Numbered from the whole stretch's first letter, positions 35,132 through 48,790 are shown. The stretch is 63,522 nucleotides of DNA, filler included, from Collodictyon triciliatum (GCA_043381765.1; 16 parts of 16 records of this genome joined end to end with filler, not necessarily neighbours in it), one strand, 5' to 3'. Numbers and translations: made by a program. Notes: generated by a model from the letters alone, not told the origin.

Positions 35132-36800
35132 TCAATTCAACAATGATTTGATGGACATGCGCCAATTGGTGCCCGTTTGCTGCTCCGGCTGCTGCGGATT
35201 CGCCATGAGGCTGGGCTTCTGGGGCTGACCCGCCTCGCTCTGTGTCGCTTCAGAAGGCTCCAAATCCGAGGTCGAGCGCGGCTGCTTTGCAGGAGGCGCC
35301 AGATTGGCCGAGACTTTCGGGCTATTCCATGGGGATTGTGATAGACGGAATGACGGCAGCGAGAACGGATTCCGAAGGCCATCCATCCTCCAATTGGCCG
35401 TGGCCTCTTGAATCTCTGCGTCTGTTGTCACGGGCTTACTCACGCAAACAAACCCTTCGTCCATGAATTCATCATCTGCCTTGCTGGGCCCCATGGTTGT
35501 AGCTTGGCTTTTCGGTGGTGGGTCGGTTAAAGTAGGGATGGACCCAACTGAGAAAGGGCGAAAGGTGAAGGGATTGAAAGAGTATTGCTGAAGTGGAGAG
35601 GTTTGCGAGGTGCCGGGTTGCGGTCCTGGTGGGACAAGGTTTGGACACAGTGTCGCGGTGGTGGAGTCGTTCGCTGGGGGTTGACTCCTTCCTCGACCCC
35701 AAAGGAATCTCCCAGTATAAAAAGTCTGCCGAGCAGTATTCAAAAAGGTTCTTTCCTCAGACGTTTGTGTGTTTTTGGGTCCAGCCACTGGGTCGAGCGA
35801 AGCAGACCCTACGCCAAAGGGCATTGCTCCATTCTGTTGTTGTTGCTGTGAACCTTCATACACTGCTGGTTTTAGAAAGAAGAGGAGGAATAATATATAA
35901 AGGAAAAAAGAAATAATTCACAGACGGGTAGATGCTTTGAGAAATGGAGATGTCTTATTTCTTCCTTCGTACCATATTTTGTGGATATCGATGTTGGGGC
36001 GATAAAAAAAAATAAAATAAAACAACATGAAACAAAACAAATGCATACCACGGGCTGGTGATACACCCTTGGATGAAAAGTCAACCCAGTTGAGATGCAA
36101 AGAAGGCTCGCTTGCAGGACGGGAGGCCGGGGTGTTGTAGTATTGGTTTGTGTGGTCGTGGAACTGAGAGCCAGCAGGCGGAATCAGCCCGCGTTGAGTG
36201 TCTCTTGCGCGGAGCAAAGTCCAATGCCGGCGGCACTGCTGGTCCGTGCGGCCGTCCAATGCACGAGCAACTTCGCACCAGGAGCCTTCTCCCAGTAGAC
36301 CTACACGTTCTCTCAAGACGCGGTCTTCATGCTCGGTCCATGCACCTTTGCGGATGCCCGGCTTCAGAGCGCGTATCCATCGTTGATAGCACTGGTCTTT
36401 GGTCCGTGAATGACCAAATTGGTCAGAGACCTTCTGCCAGTTCTCTGGACCGTGCAGGCGAACCGCCATATGTAGTTTTTCGTCCTCTTCTTTGCTCCAG
36501 CTGCGTCGCTTGCGAGTGGAGGGTGCATGGAATGGGTACTGCCTCTGTCCTCCATCTGGGTGACATAAGTATAAGTGAAAATGAAAATAAAAAAGAATGC
36601 AGATATATGTATGGCCCAAAGCCAGGCTTTTTTCTTTCAGGAAATAAAATTTGCAAGTGATATATGATGAATTGAGTGACAAACGCAGTAACGGTGAGTA
36701 TCCTCCAAGACTTTGTAGACTGGAGTGGCAACTGTCTATGCTATCAAAAGACTCATACTGGTTGCCCGACGTAGTTGAACGGGAGTCATCTACCTCTAGA
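35132..36800 (-). CDS. Two-repeat Myb transcription factor, multi-exon; start uncertain
   Basis: RRSWSKEEDEKLHMAVRLHGPENWQKVS..RTKDQCYQRW and KGAWTEHEDRVL..GSWCEVARALDGRTDQQCRRHW. The low-complexity last exon (~35870-35132) ends MSIKSLLN-stop. Confidence 0.93.
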
Positions 36801-37098
36801 TTGGCATATGAAACATATATTAGCATCTTTGATGCAAGCAAACAAACAAAGAAACAAAAAATAATATATTATTATTATTCTTATTATTTGGTTATTGCTC
36901 TTCGTGCGAGGTGAAAAAAGTAGAGAAAGAAAGGATAAAGGGATTCAGAACCATCATCCTCAAGGATCGTATCTTGTTCCGAAGCGGCCATTAGAATATA
37001 TACTTCTATTCAAAATCGTGGTTAGTTATGCATGGCAAAATAATAGGGCAATCAAACTCCCAGTGAGCGGATCAATCACAACGATTCTGTTGGTGGTG

Positions 37099-37133
<35 letters not shown>

Positions 37134-37233
37134 NNNNNNNNNNNNNNNNNNNNNNNNNNNNNNNNNNNNNNNNNNNNTTAATTAATTAANNNNNNNNNNN
37201 NNNNNNNNNNNNNNNNNNNNNNNNNNNNNNNNN

Positions 37234-38434
37234 GTCGAGGAAAGGAAAACACGGATGACACGCTCGTCAAAGACAATGAGCGGCAATGGTGTCGATGTCA
37301 CGTATTTTTGTGGAGCCGGATTCCACTTCTTGTATTGCCTCATTTTCAGGTCTTCACGAGCAAGCTTCATCTGGTTTGAAATGGACATTATATTTCACAT
37401 ATAGGAAAGTATTTGGTTAAATTTTAATTATTTCATTTATTAAATTATTAATTGCCTTGTCAAGAAGAATGCAGGTGCGGATGAGCACGACAGAGCCTTT
37501 TTCCTCCAGACCAAGACCTGCATCAATATTAAAATTTAGTTTGGTTGATATATTGTTATAGTATCAAATAAAAATATCACAAAAAAAGATAAAGATAAAT
37601 CGAATTTCAACCATGGAACGGGAACGGGGCCTTTGCTCTTTCGTAGAGCCTTTTGGCAATATCGTACCTCTCATGACATTTTTTCTACAATTTTAAAGAT
37701 TGGAAATTATATTTCGGCATGGTTCAAAAAATAAAGAAACCTTAAATATGAAAGATTAAAAGGAGGTGTATTGTTACCCCAAGACTTCCCAAATGGCCAA
37801 CACTTTGTCCAATAAGATACTGGAGCATTGCATTGAGCAAATCTGTAAGAATATTAATATGTCAGTTACCCATACAAAAGAAATGGATGACATATGAAAA
37901 AAAATTCGAAAATCAGTTCCCTTTAAAACAAATAAAGCAAACCAGCGTAATGAGCCTGAGAAGCAACAGCCTCATCATGCACATTCAATTTCAGAAACCA
38001 ATCAACAATGAGTTTTTGATTCTCGTCAACAAGAATCTCCTCCTCAATAGCTTTGTAACTGATATAAAAAAAGGGATTAAATACCAATACATGATAAAAT
38101 AAATATAAAAATTGTGAATATCATAAATAAATCATACGCAAACAAGCGGGAATGGTAGCTTCCCAAGGACTTTCCGGTAACTGCCTCAATCAGCATGGCC
38201 AAAAAGAATCCGTCCATAAAGTCATCGCGGATGTTCTTCGCCTTGAGCTCGATTTTTCCCAGATGGTGGTTCACCCATTCGAGGACAGCCTGTGCTCAGT
38301 TGCCAGGTTAAGTATTCAATCTTCTTCATTATACAAAATAATTATTGATGAAAAGATATGTATGTATTTGCGCAGACTTCGTCAATGGTGACAGGGCTGA
38401 CGTTGGCCTCGGTGCTTGTTTCGGTTGCAGACAT
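37234..38434 (-). CDS. Calponin-homology domain + DUF4062 protein, N-terminal part; multi-exon
   Basis: Exon 1 reads MSATETSTEANVSPVTIDE. CH-like segments: AVLEWVNHHLGKIELKAKNIRDDFMDGFFLAMLIEAVTGKSL and EEILVDENQKLIVDWFLKL. The last visible exon ends RVIRVFLSS(T), the start of DUF4062. Middle splice phases are uncertain. Confidence 0.7.
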
Positions 38435-41422
38435 GTTTCGAATCCTCCTATTCCTTCGTGTGGGTTGCATAAAAAAACATCGTATTCATGGGTTACAATA
38501 CATGCCAATTATCAATCAACTCTAATATAAAACAAGTTATTCTCCCTTTTCATGAATAGATATTGTTTGATTTAGCAATTTTTATTTTGAAAGCATTTTA
38601 GATAGTTTCAATAGGCTAACCATGGTTATATTGTTTCAAAGCTCAAATCTCAATATTATCAACTCTTAATATATTTATTTTTCTTTATTATGAAATAAAC
38701 TATTTGTGAATACAAATATATCTCAATATGAGACGAATTCTATAATTTTTAATTGCTTTTTTTAATAATATGGATGTGATTTGCTTATGCATCATACAGC
38801 CACTAAACATTCTCAAATGCTAAAATATTTCGTATAATATAAGAAATGTGATGTACGCAAGTCTGCGTGATAGATTGATATTATCCCAGGTAGACTTAAT
38901 ATAATTCCTTTGAATCTATTCGAAACTGTGCAAATGTCCCAAACTATATGTGATGGTTAGTATGTTCCCACAGGATGTCAAATTCACAAACAAGATAAAA
39001 TTGTAAAACCGATACTCACGTAATACTCTCCGTTAATTGTAGCCTGAGGTTTTCATCGTGAAGGCTTTACGTGGGATAAAAAAACCCAAACCACCACCGC
39101 TTGAGTTTTCCAGGCTTACGTGCTTGCCTTCCATTCAACGTAAGCGTTTTTTCCAAATGTGCCTTGCATTAACAGACAAATCATGAAAGATAAACTTTGT
39201 TAGGAATTATCCTTGTATATTAATACTATTCTAATAAAAAAGTAAACTTGCGTTTTGCATGAATATAAAAAATAATTCTGAATTCATATTATTGCACCTT
39301 GAATTGCTTGTCCATATTTTTTTAGAGCGAGGCGCGTCTCTAATAACCCGTCCGCTCTTTTTGGAGAGCTCATGTGAAGGTTGTTTCTTGCTTGAGCAAT
39401 GCTTATTCTTCCATAGCTCCGGGTGGTTGGGTTTAAAAGGGTCGACATTGTCTTTCTATATTTGACAGCTCTTTCTGTTAGTATTTGTGACGGTGTTAAC
39501 CATGCTATTTTCTTTCGGCTTTTTCCTTGTGTTCTTCGACAGAGTACGAGATAGAGAGGGAAACGTAACATAGAATTTTTTTATTTATACTTTGTGTAGT
39601 TCTGATGTTGGATTGTTATTCAGCGCTTCATTCATCAAAAACACGTTTTAATCCTTGAAGAATACTGTGAAGATGAGTTGTTTGTTGCTTTTCATGTACC
39701 TTCGATGTTGCCCTTGATGAAGCCCGGAGAATGCGGCAGAGAATGGGAAGCAAAAAGCCAGCCTCTCTCGTTATGGGCACGAAAAAAAAAAGGATTAATT
39801 TTCTCGGTGTCTCTGCGATTATTTTTTTTTTTTTTGGGAAAGGATGCTGTGTATTCTTAAAGTTGATCGAATAGCTGGTTCATAGTCTTCTCATTGTGAC
39901 ACTCAAGATCTTTCTGGACTGGGCTTATTCTTTCGTTACCTGTTTATGGGCGTGGTAGTTCTGGGGCATTTGTGCTTACCTCGAAGGCGGACGTGGCAGC
40001 CGGTTCCTACAGGTTCTGCTTCCGGGCGCTCTTTGTGGGCGATTAGCTGTGGCTGAGAATCTTCGGTCGAGCGGAGGGCTCCATTCTTGCGCTTGGTTGT
40101 GTGTTTGCCTCAAGCCAGTGCTTTCGATCTCCGTGCCGTTATCCCATCGAAAAAATGAAAACAATACAGAAAAGTAAAGAAAATAAATAAAAAAAAAAGT
40201 TATATGTTTGATTGACGACGTGTATGCAGTTCATCATATGAAAACAAAAAGATAAGTAGTTAATATTGATCCAGACAACCATCAATGTCATTCCGTGAAA
40301 GGCTTTCTTAATAAGTTCTCGGTTGATTGTGGGAGTAAGAGAGGGAAGAAAACTTGGATCGAGCGTGTGAGAGCGTCGACCGGTGATCGGCTGAAAATAT
40401 GCCTCGTGATTGCCATGAAAATCCAATTAATGCATAAACTAGTCGATCGGCAGCTAGTATTGAGCACCAGTGAGTGTCTGTCGTGAAAAAAAAAAATTGA
40501 GCATCGGTGAGTACAAAAAGAAACGAATGAGAAAATGGTGGAGTCACTGAGTAGCCGAAAATCAACCTTGTAATTCCAGATTAGGATATTATAGTGAAAT
40601 ACTGTGACAGTGTCCATATAAAGATTACTAACCTGTATATAACTTCCTATTTCTTTTTCTGTACTTACCTGAGAGGGGAAGGGGAGGTTTTGGGTTTATT
40701 AAATCTACATCTACACCAAGAAAAAAAGAAGAAAAAAAGAAGAAAAAAAGAAGAAAAAAAGAAGAAAAAAAGAAAAAAGAAGAGAAAAGAAGAAAAGAAA
40801 AAAGGAAAGAAATAAAATCAGTTACATGAGTTTCAGTAGGCACCTCACACGCGCATTTATATTCATTTCAATAAAACACTTCATGCTCCTTACCATACAC
40901 CAACAAAAAGACAGTTGGAGCGAGGAAACGATTTATGTAGGCGAGGATGAGCTGTTGTCGAGTGTGCATTTCCAGCCGAGTCGGGGGAGGGGTGGTGGTT
41001 GTCATCATTTACATATTAATATCAATATATAAATTATGACACTTTATTTCCAACCTATTTATTTTTATTGATTTCCCAATGTTTTCATAACATATATGGC
41101 GAGTGCGGTACATTACGGCGTACCAAATGTGGAATATAAATAATTTAAATTAATTTGCTGATGCCATATGAGGTATGTTTGCGCTCGCCAACCCTGGCCC
41201 CAAAATCCCAAAAAAATTGTGGGAAAATGTTTATTTTCCATAGCAGAATTTTTACACGATGTACAAAAAATACATACGCGATAGATATATTTTCCCCAAA
41301 ATTTTGGGGTAAGTATATAAAANNNNNNNNNNNNNNNNNNNNNNNNNNNNNNNNNNNNNNNNNNNNTTAATTAATTAANNNNNNNNNNNNNNNNNNNNNN
41401 NNNNNNNNNNNNNNNNNNNNNN

Positions 41423-41568
41423 AGAAAAAGAGAAAAAGAGAAAAAGAGAAAAAGAGAAAAAGAGAAAAAGAGAAAAAGAGAAAAAGAGAAAAAGAGAAAA
41501 AGAGAAAAAGAGAAAAAAAAAGAGAAAAAGAGAAAAAGAGAAAAAAAAAGAGAAAAAGAGAAAAAGAG
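41423..41568. repeat. (AGAAAAAG)n repeat
   Basis: Direct reading. Confidence 0.95.
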
Positions 41569-42064
41569 AGACAAAACGAAATAAAGAGAAAGAGTAAATC
41601 AAAACAAAATGGAAAAAAAAGAAAATCCAACTGGGACATACCGAGTGGCAAACCCTGATTCTTGCGCCCAACGAGAGCGCCGTCCTCTTCAACTCCGAGC
41701 GACAACACGGATATTTCCCACTCGCATCTTTGTGTGTCGCTGCCTCCACCATCCTTCTGAACCTCCTCTCCTTCTCTTCGCCATCCTGCCTGATCTCATC
41801 TGGCTCTGCGTCTTCCTTTTCCGTTTCTTCGCCTTGCCTTTCTTTTCTCATTATGTCCAAATATATTCTCGCTTTAACACTCGATCAACCCGCCTAGCAA
41901 ACGCAGCCCTCTTTCTCTCTTCTCCCAAAACAAAAAGAAAACTATGAAGAAAGACAAGACACTAATGCAAAGGACAACATATCCTCGATACTCACGGTGT
42001 CCAACTCGACACACTCACAAACACAAACACAAACAATCACACTAGTCGCATCTCAGCCCCGCCC

Positions 42065-43609
42065 ATGGACGAAAACACGAGCATCTACTCCTTTCGACGA
42101 AGGCAGATTGTCATACTGTCTATCATCTTCCTGACCATTGCCAGCATCTTTCTCTTTGACCATTTGCTCGATTCCCACCATGTTAAAGACAAAGACCTTC
42201 GCAAAGACCAGAAATCGATTAGCATTCCCCCACAAAACTTCGAGAATATGCCTGGCCCTCTGCACGATATATATGCTCTCTATGACATCTTCGACCCAAA
42301 ACACATCGACAAACTTTACACCCTTGTCGAGAGACTGCGTCTCGAGAAGGACAACTCATTCCCCCTCACTTGGGACGATACAGCCTGGCTGAAAGAATGT
42401 CCCGAAGCGCACAAAGGACATGATGTTTTTGATTCATTTCCGTCTGTGCTACGTGATGAAGAGAATGCGTCCCACAAAGAAGGCAGTGACCTGCTCGAGT
42501 CTGTCGTGCAGTTTCCAGCCTGGTCAACCGATGTTATCAACTCGCTTCCGTTTGTCACAGAATATCGCTGCATCGAGCGGCTTGTCAAGGAGAAGAAGCT
42601 TCCGCAGCGCTACGCCGTATATTCGTACCGAGATGGCTCTGGCTGGGGCAATCGCCTGCGCGGGATGATATCGGTCTACACTTTTGCGCTGCTGACACGC
42701 AGGCTCTTTCTTGTGGACCACAGATGTCTTCATGAGCTGTTTGATGCGCCAAGCGGCATGGACTCTGGTCCAAGCGGGCTTTCCTGGAGTGCCAATCAAG
42801 ACGTCGTGCATACCATCAGCAATGGCGGAGGATTCCCCATCACCAGAATCAAGGCGCTCAACAGCGATGGAACCACCGACCACTCAAAGAGCTGGGCCCA
42901 AGCATTGGCCACCACACGGAATCTGAGTCAGCTAACGCCATATCCTGTCGTCTTCCACGGAGATGGAAGCGCTGTGGATGAGTTAATGGGGACAAACCCG
43001 CACTATGCCCCTCATTTCCGCCGCTTGTTTGGTACAACATCACGATGGGCACGAACCGGACTCATCACACGGTATCTGTTGCAGAATCCATCGGCATCGC
43101 TTGTTTCGCACTTGCGAGACTTCGCGAGGTCTGTTCCTCTGGATTACGAGAAACCTTTCGTTGCGGTGCAGCTTCGCACCTTTGCTGATGTAATGGATGC
43201 AAATCCAAACCTGTCGTTCTTTTTCGATTGCTCCAAGCGAATATTGAATTTACACAGTAAGGAGATAAATCAGACCAACATGCCAGTATACTTTACCACC
43301 GACAAGGAAAGCGCACGTGAAGTGGCATCAAAGGCCCTAGCATTGCCCCAAGGCAAGTTCCTGACGCATCCAGGAAGCTCTATCCATTCGTCTCACACAA
43401 ACGAATGCGCCAATTTTGGGGTCTTGGATTGGTTTCTTCTCGGATATGCACGCCTCTTGGTTACTACGGGCTCTACCTTTGGGATATTTTCGTCAGCACG
43501 TGGAGGATTTTCCAACGTTGCATACAAAGCGGCAATATGGTCCCAGCCACCGGTTTGCAGCTCCTTGCGAAACGCTTCTACAACCATGCCTCTGGATCTT
43601 CATTATTAG
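42065..43609 (+). CDS. Type II membrane fucosyltransferase-like glycosyltransferase (GT37/GT23/NodZ-type motifs), intronless, 514 aa
   Basis: N-terminal RRR plus a single TM helix; GWGNRLRGMISVYTFALLTRRLFLVD; motif I VAVQLRT; motif II VYFTTD; motif III DWFLLGYARLLVTTGSTFG. Confidence 0.88.
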   Translation: MDENTSIYSFRRRQIVILSIIFLTIASIFLFDHLLDSHHVKDKDLRKDQKSISIPPQNFENMPGPLHDIYALYDIFDPKHIDKLYTLVERLRLEKDNSFPLTWDDTAWLKECPEAHKGHDVFDSFPSVLRDEENASHKEGSDLLESVVQFPAWSTDVINSLPFVTEYRCIERLVKEKKLPQRYAVYSYRDGSGWGNRLRGMISVYTFALLTRRLFLVDHRCLHELFDAPSGMDSGPSGLSWSANQDVVHTISNGGGFPITRIKALNSDGTTDHSKSWAQALATTRNLSQLTPYPVVFHGDGSAVDELMGTNPHYAPHFRRLFGTTSRWARTGLITRYLLQNPSASLVSHLRDFARSVPLDYEKPFVAVQLRTFADVMDANPNLSFFFDCSKRILNLHSKEINQTNMPVYFTTDKESAREVASKALALPQGKFLTHPGSSIHSSHTNECANFGVLDWFLLGYARLLVTTGSTFGIFSSARGGFSNVAYKAAIWSQPPVCSSLRNASTTMPLDLHY

Positions 43610-44289
43610 AGAAAATAGGCTGCGCTCGTGAATATTTAAAGATCACATAACAAACGTTTTGCTGCAAAGTCCAAATCCACGATTATAGTAAATATTGTTA
43701 TGATGAGACTGGACTAAGAATAGATTTTTGTTGGTAAAGTGCTTTTCAAATACGTTCATTCCTCATGTTCCTTTCTTTTTTTAATCTTTAATTGCAATAT
43801 CATTTTCCCTCTTATTATCGAGGTTTTTTTTTATTGCGAAGCGCGTTTGGAGATTTTCTTGCGGGGTTCAATTACGGCCTCTCGCGCCTTTTCTTTGAGC
43901 TCTTCCAGATTGTCCATGGTCATTCCCCTTTGTGTTGTGATTGTTTAGTTTTTGCAGAATTATATATTATCTCATTATATATATATATTTAGTCAGCAGC
44001 ACATGTCATCAACCCGTGTGTCTAATTAGAATTCAACGCGATTTTTTTCATACACATGTAATTCATGATTTCATTTTAAGAGAAGTATAATACAAGAAAA
44101 TCATTTCAATACAATACGTGTAAAAATATTACACCTGCCACCTCAACCAGCTCAGTTCTGTTTACATCCTACATTAATCGCATGTCAAAGACATTGAATT
44201 TTATTTGATTTGTATTTATACCGCAATTATCGTGTCACCCCACTAGCTTACCTTTAAGTCCCTATCCAAAAAAAAAAGAAAAAAAAAAG

Positions 44290-45509
44290 GCCTAGACAAA
44301 GACTGATGTTGCGCTGCCTGTCGACGAAGATAAGTATGAGGAGACATCACACAGCGAACTCAATATTGGCAGCTACATCACAAACAAGATGATAGCACGG
44401 TCATACCAGGATGAGAAATACCCTGCAAATGCCGATATGGGTCATATGTCTGTGGTACAGAGTGAAGTAGACGATAATCTCTAGAAAGAACAAGACGGTA
44501 GAGTCCTGGGAAAGACCATATACGTACTCGACTGGGCAAACAGCACCAAGGTTGTGAGTGGCACCCACCGCTCCAAGAAAATCATGAATCGAGGGAGTGA
44601 CCTGGTTTATATTGCAGACAATCGATCAGAGCGAGAAAAGAAGTGCGTGTCCGTTGCAGATGCCAGAACCAAGATGCAAGAGAAAGAGGAAGAACACGCC
44701 AAGGAATTAAAGACAGACACCGATGTCCTGGGTAAGACTGTCAACGGCGTCCAGGCGAATTTTTCTGGAAAAAAAACCACTCTTCAAGGTGTCTGCTGGG
44801 TAACTTGCGGTCTGTGTGCCCACTCCTTGCACTCCAGCCTCTCACTCGGTCTCCTTGATAGCTTTTGGAAGCTCTTTAGCTGTGGTGTATCACGTGGAAG
44901 CGTCTGATAGCCCTTCTCCTGAACTTTAGCTTGCTGGTTTGCTGATAATGATTCTTTTTTCGTGCGCAAAATAAAGTTTTACATGGGCATTCCTTTTTTT
45001 AAGGCGACAGCACAGGATATCTTTGCCGTTAACTAGTCCAATCTCGGTGAAACGCTTTTAGAGTGATTACTTATGATAAGTGGTTGTGACGATTAAGAAA
45101 ACATGGCCAAATAATATTGCGGTAGAAGGTAGTTAAAATATAAATAGCGAATGAGGCTATACTCAAAAAATCAACACAGATGGCCCATACTTTCCGAGCA
45201 GAAGAGCGTGATGGAACAATATAATCAAGACGGAGGAAATCGGCGCAAGCCGCGACCCGTCGAAGGCTTTGCAGGTTGCAGCCAGTTCTTCTGGTTCCAA
45301 CGCTGGCGCGGAAATACCCCGAGTTGCACAGAAGTCTAGGAAGACCCTGCAAGGAAGCCGCCTGCAAGTCTGTCTGATCGGACAGTATTTTTGCACGGGT
45401 CGAGCAAGTCGTTTACAACAAGAACAAGGCCCGCAGGCTCACAGATGCGCTCGCCTCCTTCTTGAAAGCGAACAAACTTTGGGAAGAGTCCATCCAATCG
45501 CGCTTACCG
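44290..45509 (+). mobile_element. Possible decayed hAT-type transposase remnant
   Basis: Broken frames. Near 45290-45480, FFW..KYPELHR..ACKSV*SDSIFARVEQVVYNKNKARRLTDALASFLKAN loosely fits the hAT C-terminal dimerisation motif. Confidence 0.35.
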
Positions 45510-45674
45510 NNNNNNNNNNNNNNNNNNNNNNNNNNNNNNNNNNNNNNNNNNNNTTAATTAATTAANNNNNNNNNNNNNNNNNNNNNNNNNNNNNNNNNNN
45601 NNNNNNNNNAATAAAGATACTCGAAAGGCCCGCGTCACTTAACCCCGCATCAAATATCAGCCTTTTAAAAAAAA

Positions 45675-46645
45675 AAACATACATTCAAATAAAACGGTAT
45701 TCATCTTTGGCAATGTGTTTGATCAATAAACTATTGAAGAAAAGAAAGAAAAGAAGGAAGAAGTAACAAGCTAGTAAATTAGACTTTGAGTTCCAATAGA
45801 GAGATGCGCCTGAAGTGCTTTCAAGAGAAACAATCAGCAGTGAAATGCATCAAAGTGCTTTGATTTACTGGTTTTTTAGATCACGGACTGCATCCCTTTC
45901 CATCAGATATCTGAATGAAAAAGGTCGATATGTGGGCCATTTGTTGCGCACAGTGTGCTTTTTTCTTCAACTGATACAATGTAATACTCTGGTGCTTTTG
46001 TTTTTTGCTATGTGAAAATTAATTTTAATGTTGATATACCTTCCATAGGTACGCATTTTATTATGTGCAGTCGCAATATTTCCCTCTGTTGAAAGGCGGT
46101 TAAAAAAATAAAAAAAATCTATGAAGAGTTGATAATGTGATTGAAGAGATGGAATTGGTTTGCAATATCTGCTTTCATTTTCATATTCCTAGCTATATTT
46201 ACTTTCAAATAGTCACTAATCCGCTTATTCAGTCAACCAAGACACTAGCCCCATTTTTTCCCCTTCACTCTGTCCATCATTTTTCCTATGATTTTTGCTT
46301 TGGATTTCTCTGTGCGACTAAAATTTCGTAAGAAAAAACAAAATTTATTCATGTCTTACTCCTTCAACCTCCAAACTCCGACTCATTTTCGATGTAAACA
46401 AACCAAAAAAAAAAAAAACCGGCTCACCCGTGTTTATAGCAGAACACTCAACAAGCCCATCTACCGGCGAAAGCACACAAACAGTCAAGAACAAAAGCCA
46501 AAGACCGGCACAATACAACTTATCTATTGAATCCCTTTTGCGTGGACACTCATTATTTTTAACTAAACACAAATAAAAAGCCACCGACCAACATAAGGCC
46601 AAGCAAACTGAATAATACAACATGAAAACATACCTTTATTTTCTT
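45675..46645 (+). repeat. Dispersed repeat C, copy 2
   Basis: Homologous to 33215-34290. Confidence 0.88.
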
Positions 46646-48324
46646 TTCTATAAAAAGCGGAGGTTTATACTAACTAAGTCTTTTACCTATGTCAGAAAGT
46701 CAGAAGACTTGATCGAGAATAGGGTAGTCTATCAACAGCTGGCAAAAAATTAAATGAAAGAAACAAGAACGGGCCAAAGATGAGTCCCTTCAGCAAAACT
46801 TTATGTGATTGGCTCTAGTCTTGCCCAGCATAATCCCTGGGTTATGTTGCGCACGAACCGACCAAAACTCAAAACTCAAAACTCAAAACACATGAAAACT
46901 TATTTACATATCCAAATAACAATAGATTCAACTATTCCTCCTTCCTGCGGAGGTTTTAGGGCCCTTATCATTACAACAATTCGAAAGCCAAGGAGAGCTG
47001 GGACTATTCCGGATTTCCGAGCCTTTCTGTTGCAAAGCATCGTTGGCCATGCATACACACTATATGAAATATCCTTGATTCTATTTTTTTATTTTTTATC
47101 GAAGCTTTAGCCGATTTGTCATTTTGCGGTTTCTAAGAATTTTAAGTGAATTCTGTTCCAATCTCATGCAGTTTGTGATTCTTGCCAGGAGCTTCGGGGT
47201 GACTGAATCTCTGGTTGCTCTGCCCACAGTAAGATCACTTCGATGGAGATCCTTCAAACGTAGACTTCAAGAACGTCTCTTAGATCTTGGATTTGATTTC
47301 AGGTTGGTTGTTGATCTATTTGCTTTCCTCTTCTCAACTCGGCCTTTTTCATGGGGATTCGCCTATTGGTGGAAAAAAAATAAATCCCTCGTTTATACAT
47401 ATTTTCCTTTATTCGATACAGGTGAATGAAGGGGTTTTTTAAAAAAATTTATAGGACGGCGTAGTTGTTGCATGTTGGTTGAAAGCAGTGACACGTGTCG
47501 GTTAAGAAGTTCAGGCCAGCAGCGTATGGAATCTGGATTTGTGGCTCATCAATATACAACCGATAGAGTCGAGAATAGTTACAGCCTTTAAGAGGTGCGA
47601 TTGCCAAGGACTCTGACTTCAATTTGATCGGAGGCCAAATTCTCCCTGGGGCGAAAGTGCACGCGACTATCCTGCTCTCCTTTACTATCAGATTCCTTAT
47701 ATTCGTTCATTCTATTCGACTCCAAATCCAATACCCTTGACTTATGTATGTCTAGTATTCAACAGATAACATATAACAGCCGGCAAACCAACATAACTTC
47801 TTCAGCATAGGCATCAGCGGAACCGGCAAGAATATTGTAAATTATTTTTGCAGACTCTGGAGAAATATACTTTTATTTTTTAATTAACAACTACAGTATT
47901 ACTCAAAATTTTTGGAAACATAAATAATGAATTATCCATTCTTATAGTCTGAAGATAGTCGTCCATTCAACTTGACTCCTTGAATCTCAAAATCATAATT
48001 TAATCAGCCAGATTCATGTATGACTCATATTTGGGAATTTCTCTACATGTATTTTTATGATTCAAAATAAACGGTAGATTCTGATTCTTTGCTATCTTTG
48101 TTGATTTTTACCTTTACTTTACACAAGGCATATATGATATTTAATGATGTATGAATTAAAAAATAGCCAAATTGGAAAAATCAATCATGAGTTAATTTCA
48201 ACGATATTAAAGGGGGTTTCATTGATACAAAAAAATATATACAATCAATACAAAATTTTCGACTATTTTTTTATTCTTCCATTTAATTTTGTGCAGGACG
48301 GTGGAAATGTTGGCTTTGGTTCGC

Positions 48325-48790
48325 TAGCCATCGTTTGCATGGACGCTACTTGTTGGCCGGGTGGTGTAGAAGTAGTCGGTAATCAGGATTTGCATCCTGC
48401 GGTTTGGCCTGTAGCCTGGGTTTTATGCTTGCATGAGAGATACAAGGCGAGGTTTAATATCTTTCTCAGCTTCTTTCCACATGTCTCTTCTCACAGGGTC
48501 TGAGTAGTGGAGAACGTGCAGGTGGCGAAGGAAGCTGTTGAGGAAAGAGATTTGTATGATGTCATCCAGCCTATTATCGGGAATGGGTGGCTGGTGGTTG
48601 AATCTTGCATTGCGTGAGTATATGCGTGCTATACACATAGTCCATAGCAAATGGCCTCGCGTCACTGCCCAGAATGTATTTGCCTCTGGACGCAGTTGTT
48701 GCAGAGGCCCAAATATCGCCTGGATTGGGCCAACAGCCGCAGCCGTATTGAGTGTGAGTCGAAGAATCTCACCGGCTGTTTCGCAATAAT
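48325..48790 (-). mobile_element. 3' fragment of non-LTR (L1/Tx1-like) ORF2, copy 2
   Basis: AIFGPL..FWAVTRGHLLWTMCIARIYSRNARFN resembles the W..W..RN...F motif after the ORF2 zinc finger. It is 5'-truncated and has a second copy at 32390-32705. Confidence 0.55.

Noticed and set aside
39030-40480. GC-richer blocks that may be exons of a minus-strand gene
   Set aside because: The frames are ambiguous and no domain is recognised, so this is not supportable as a feature.
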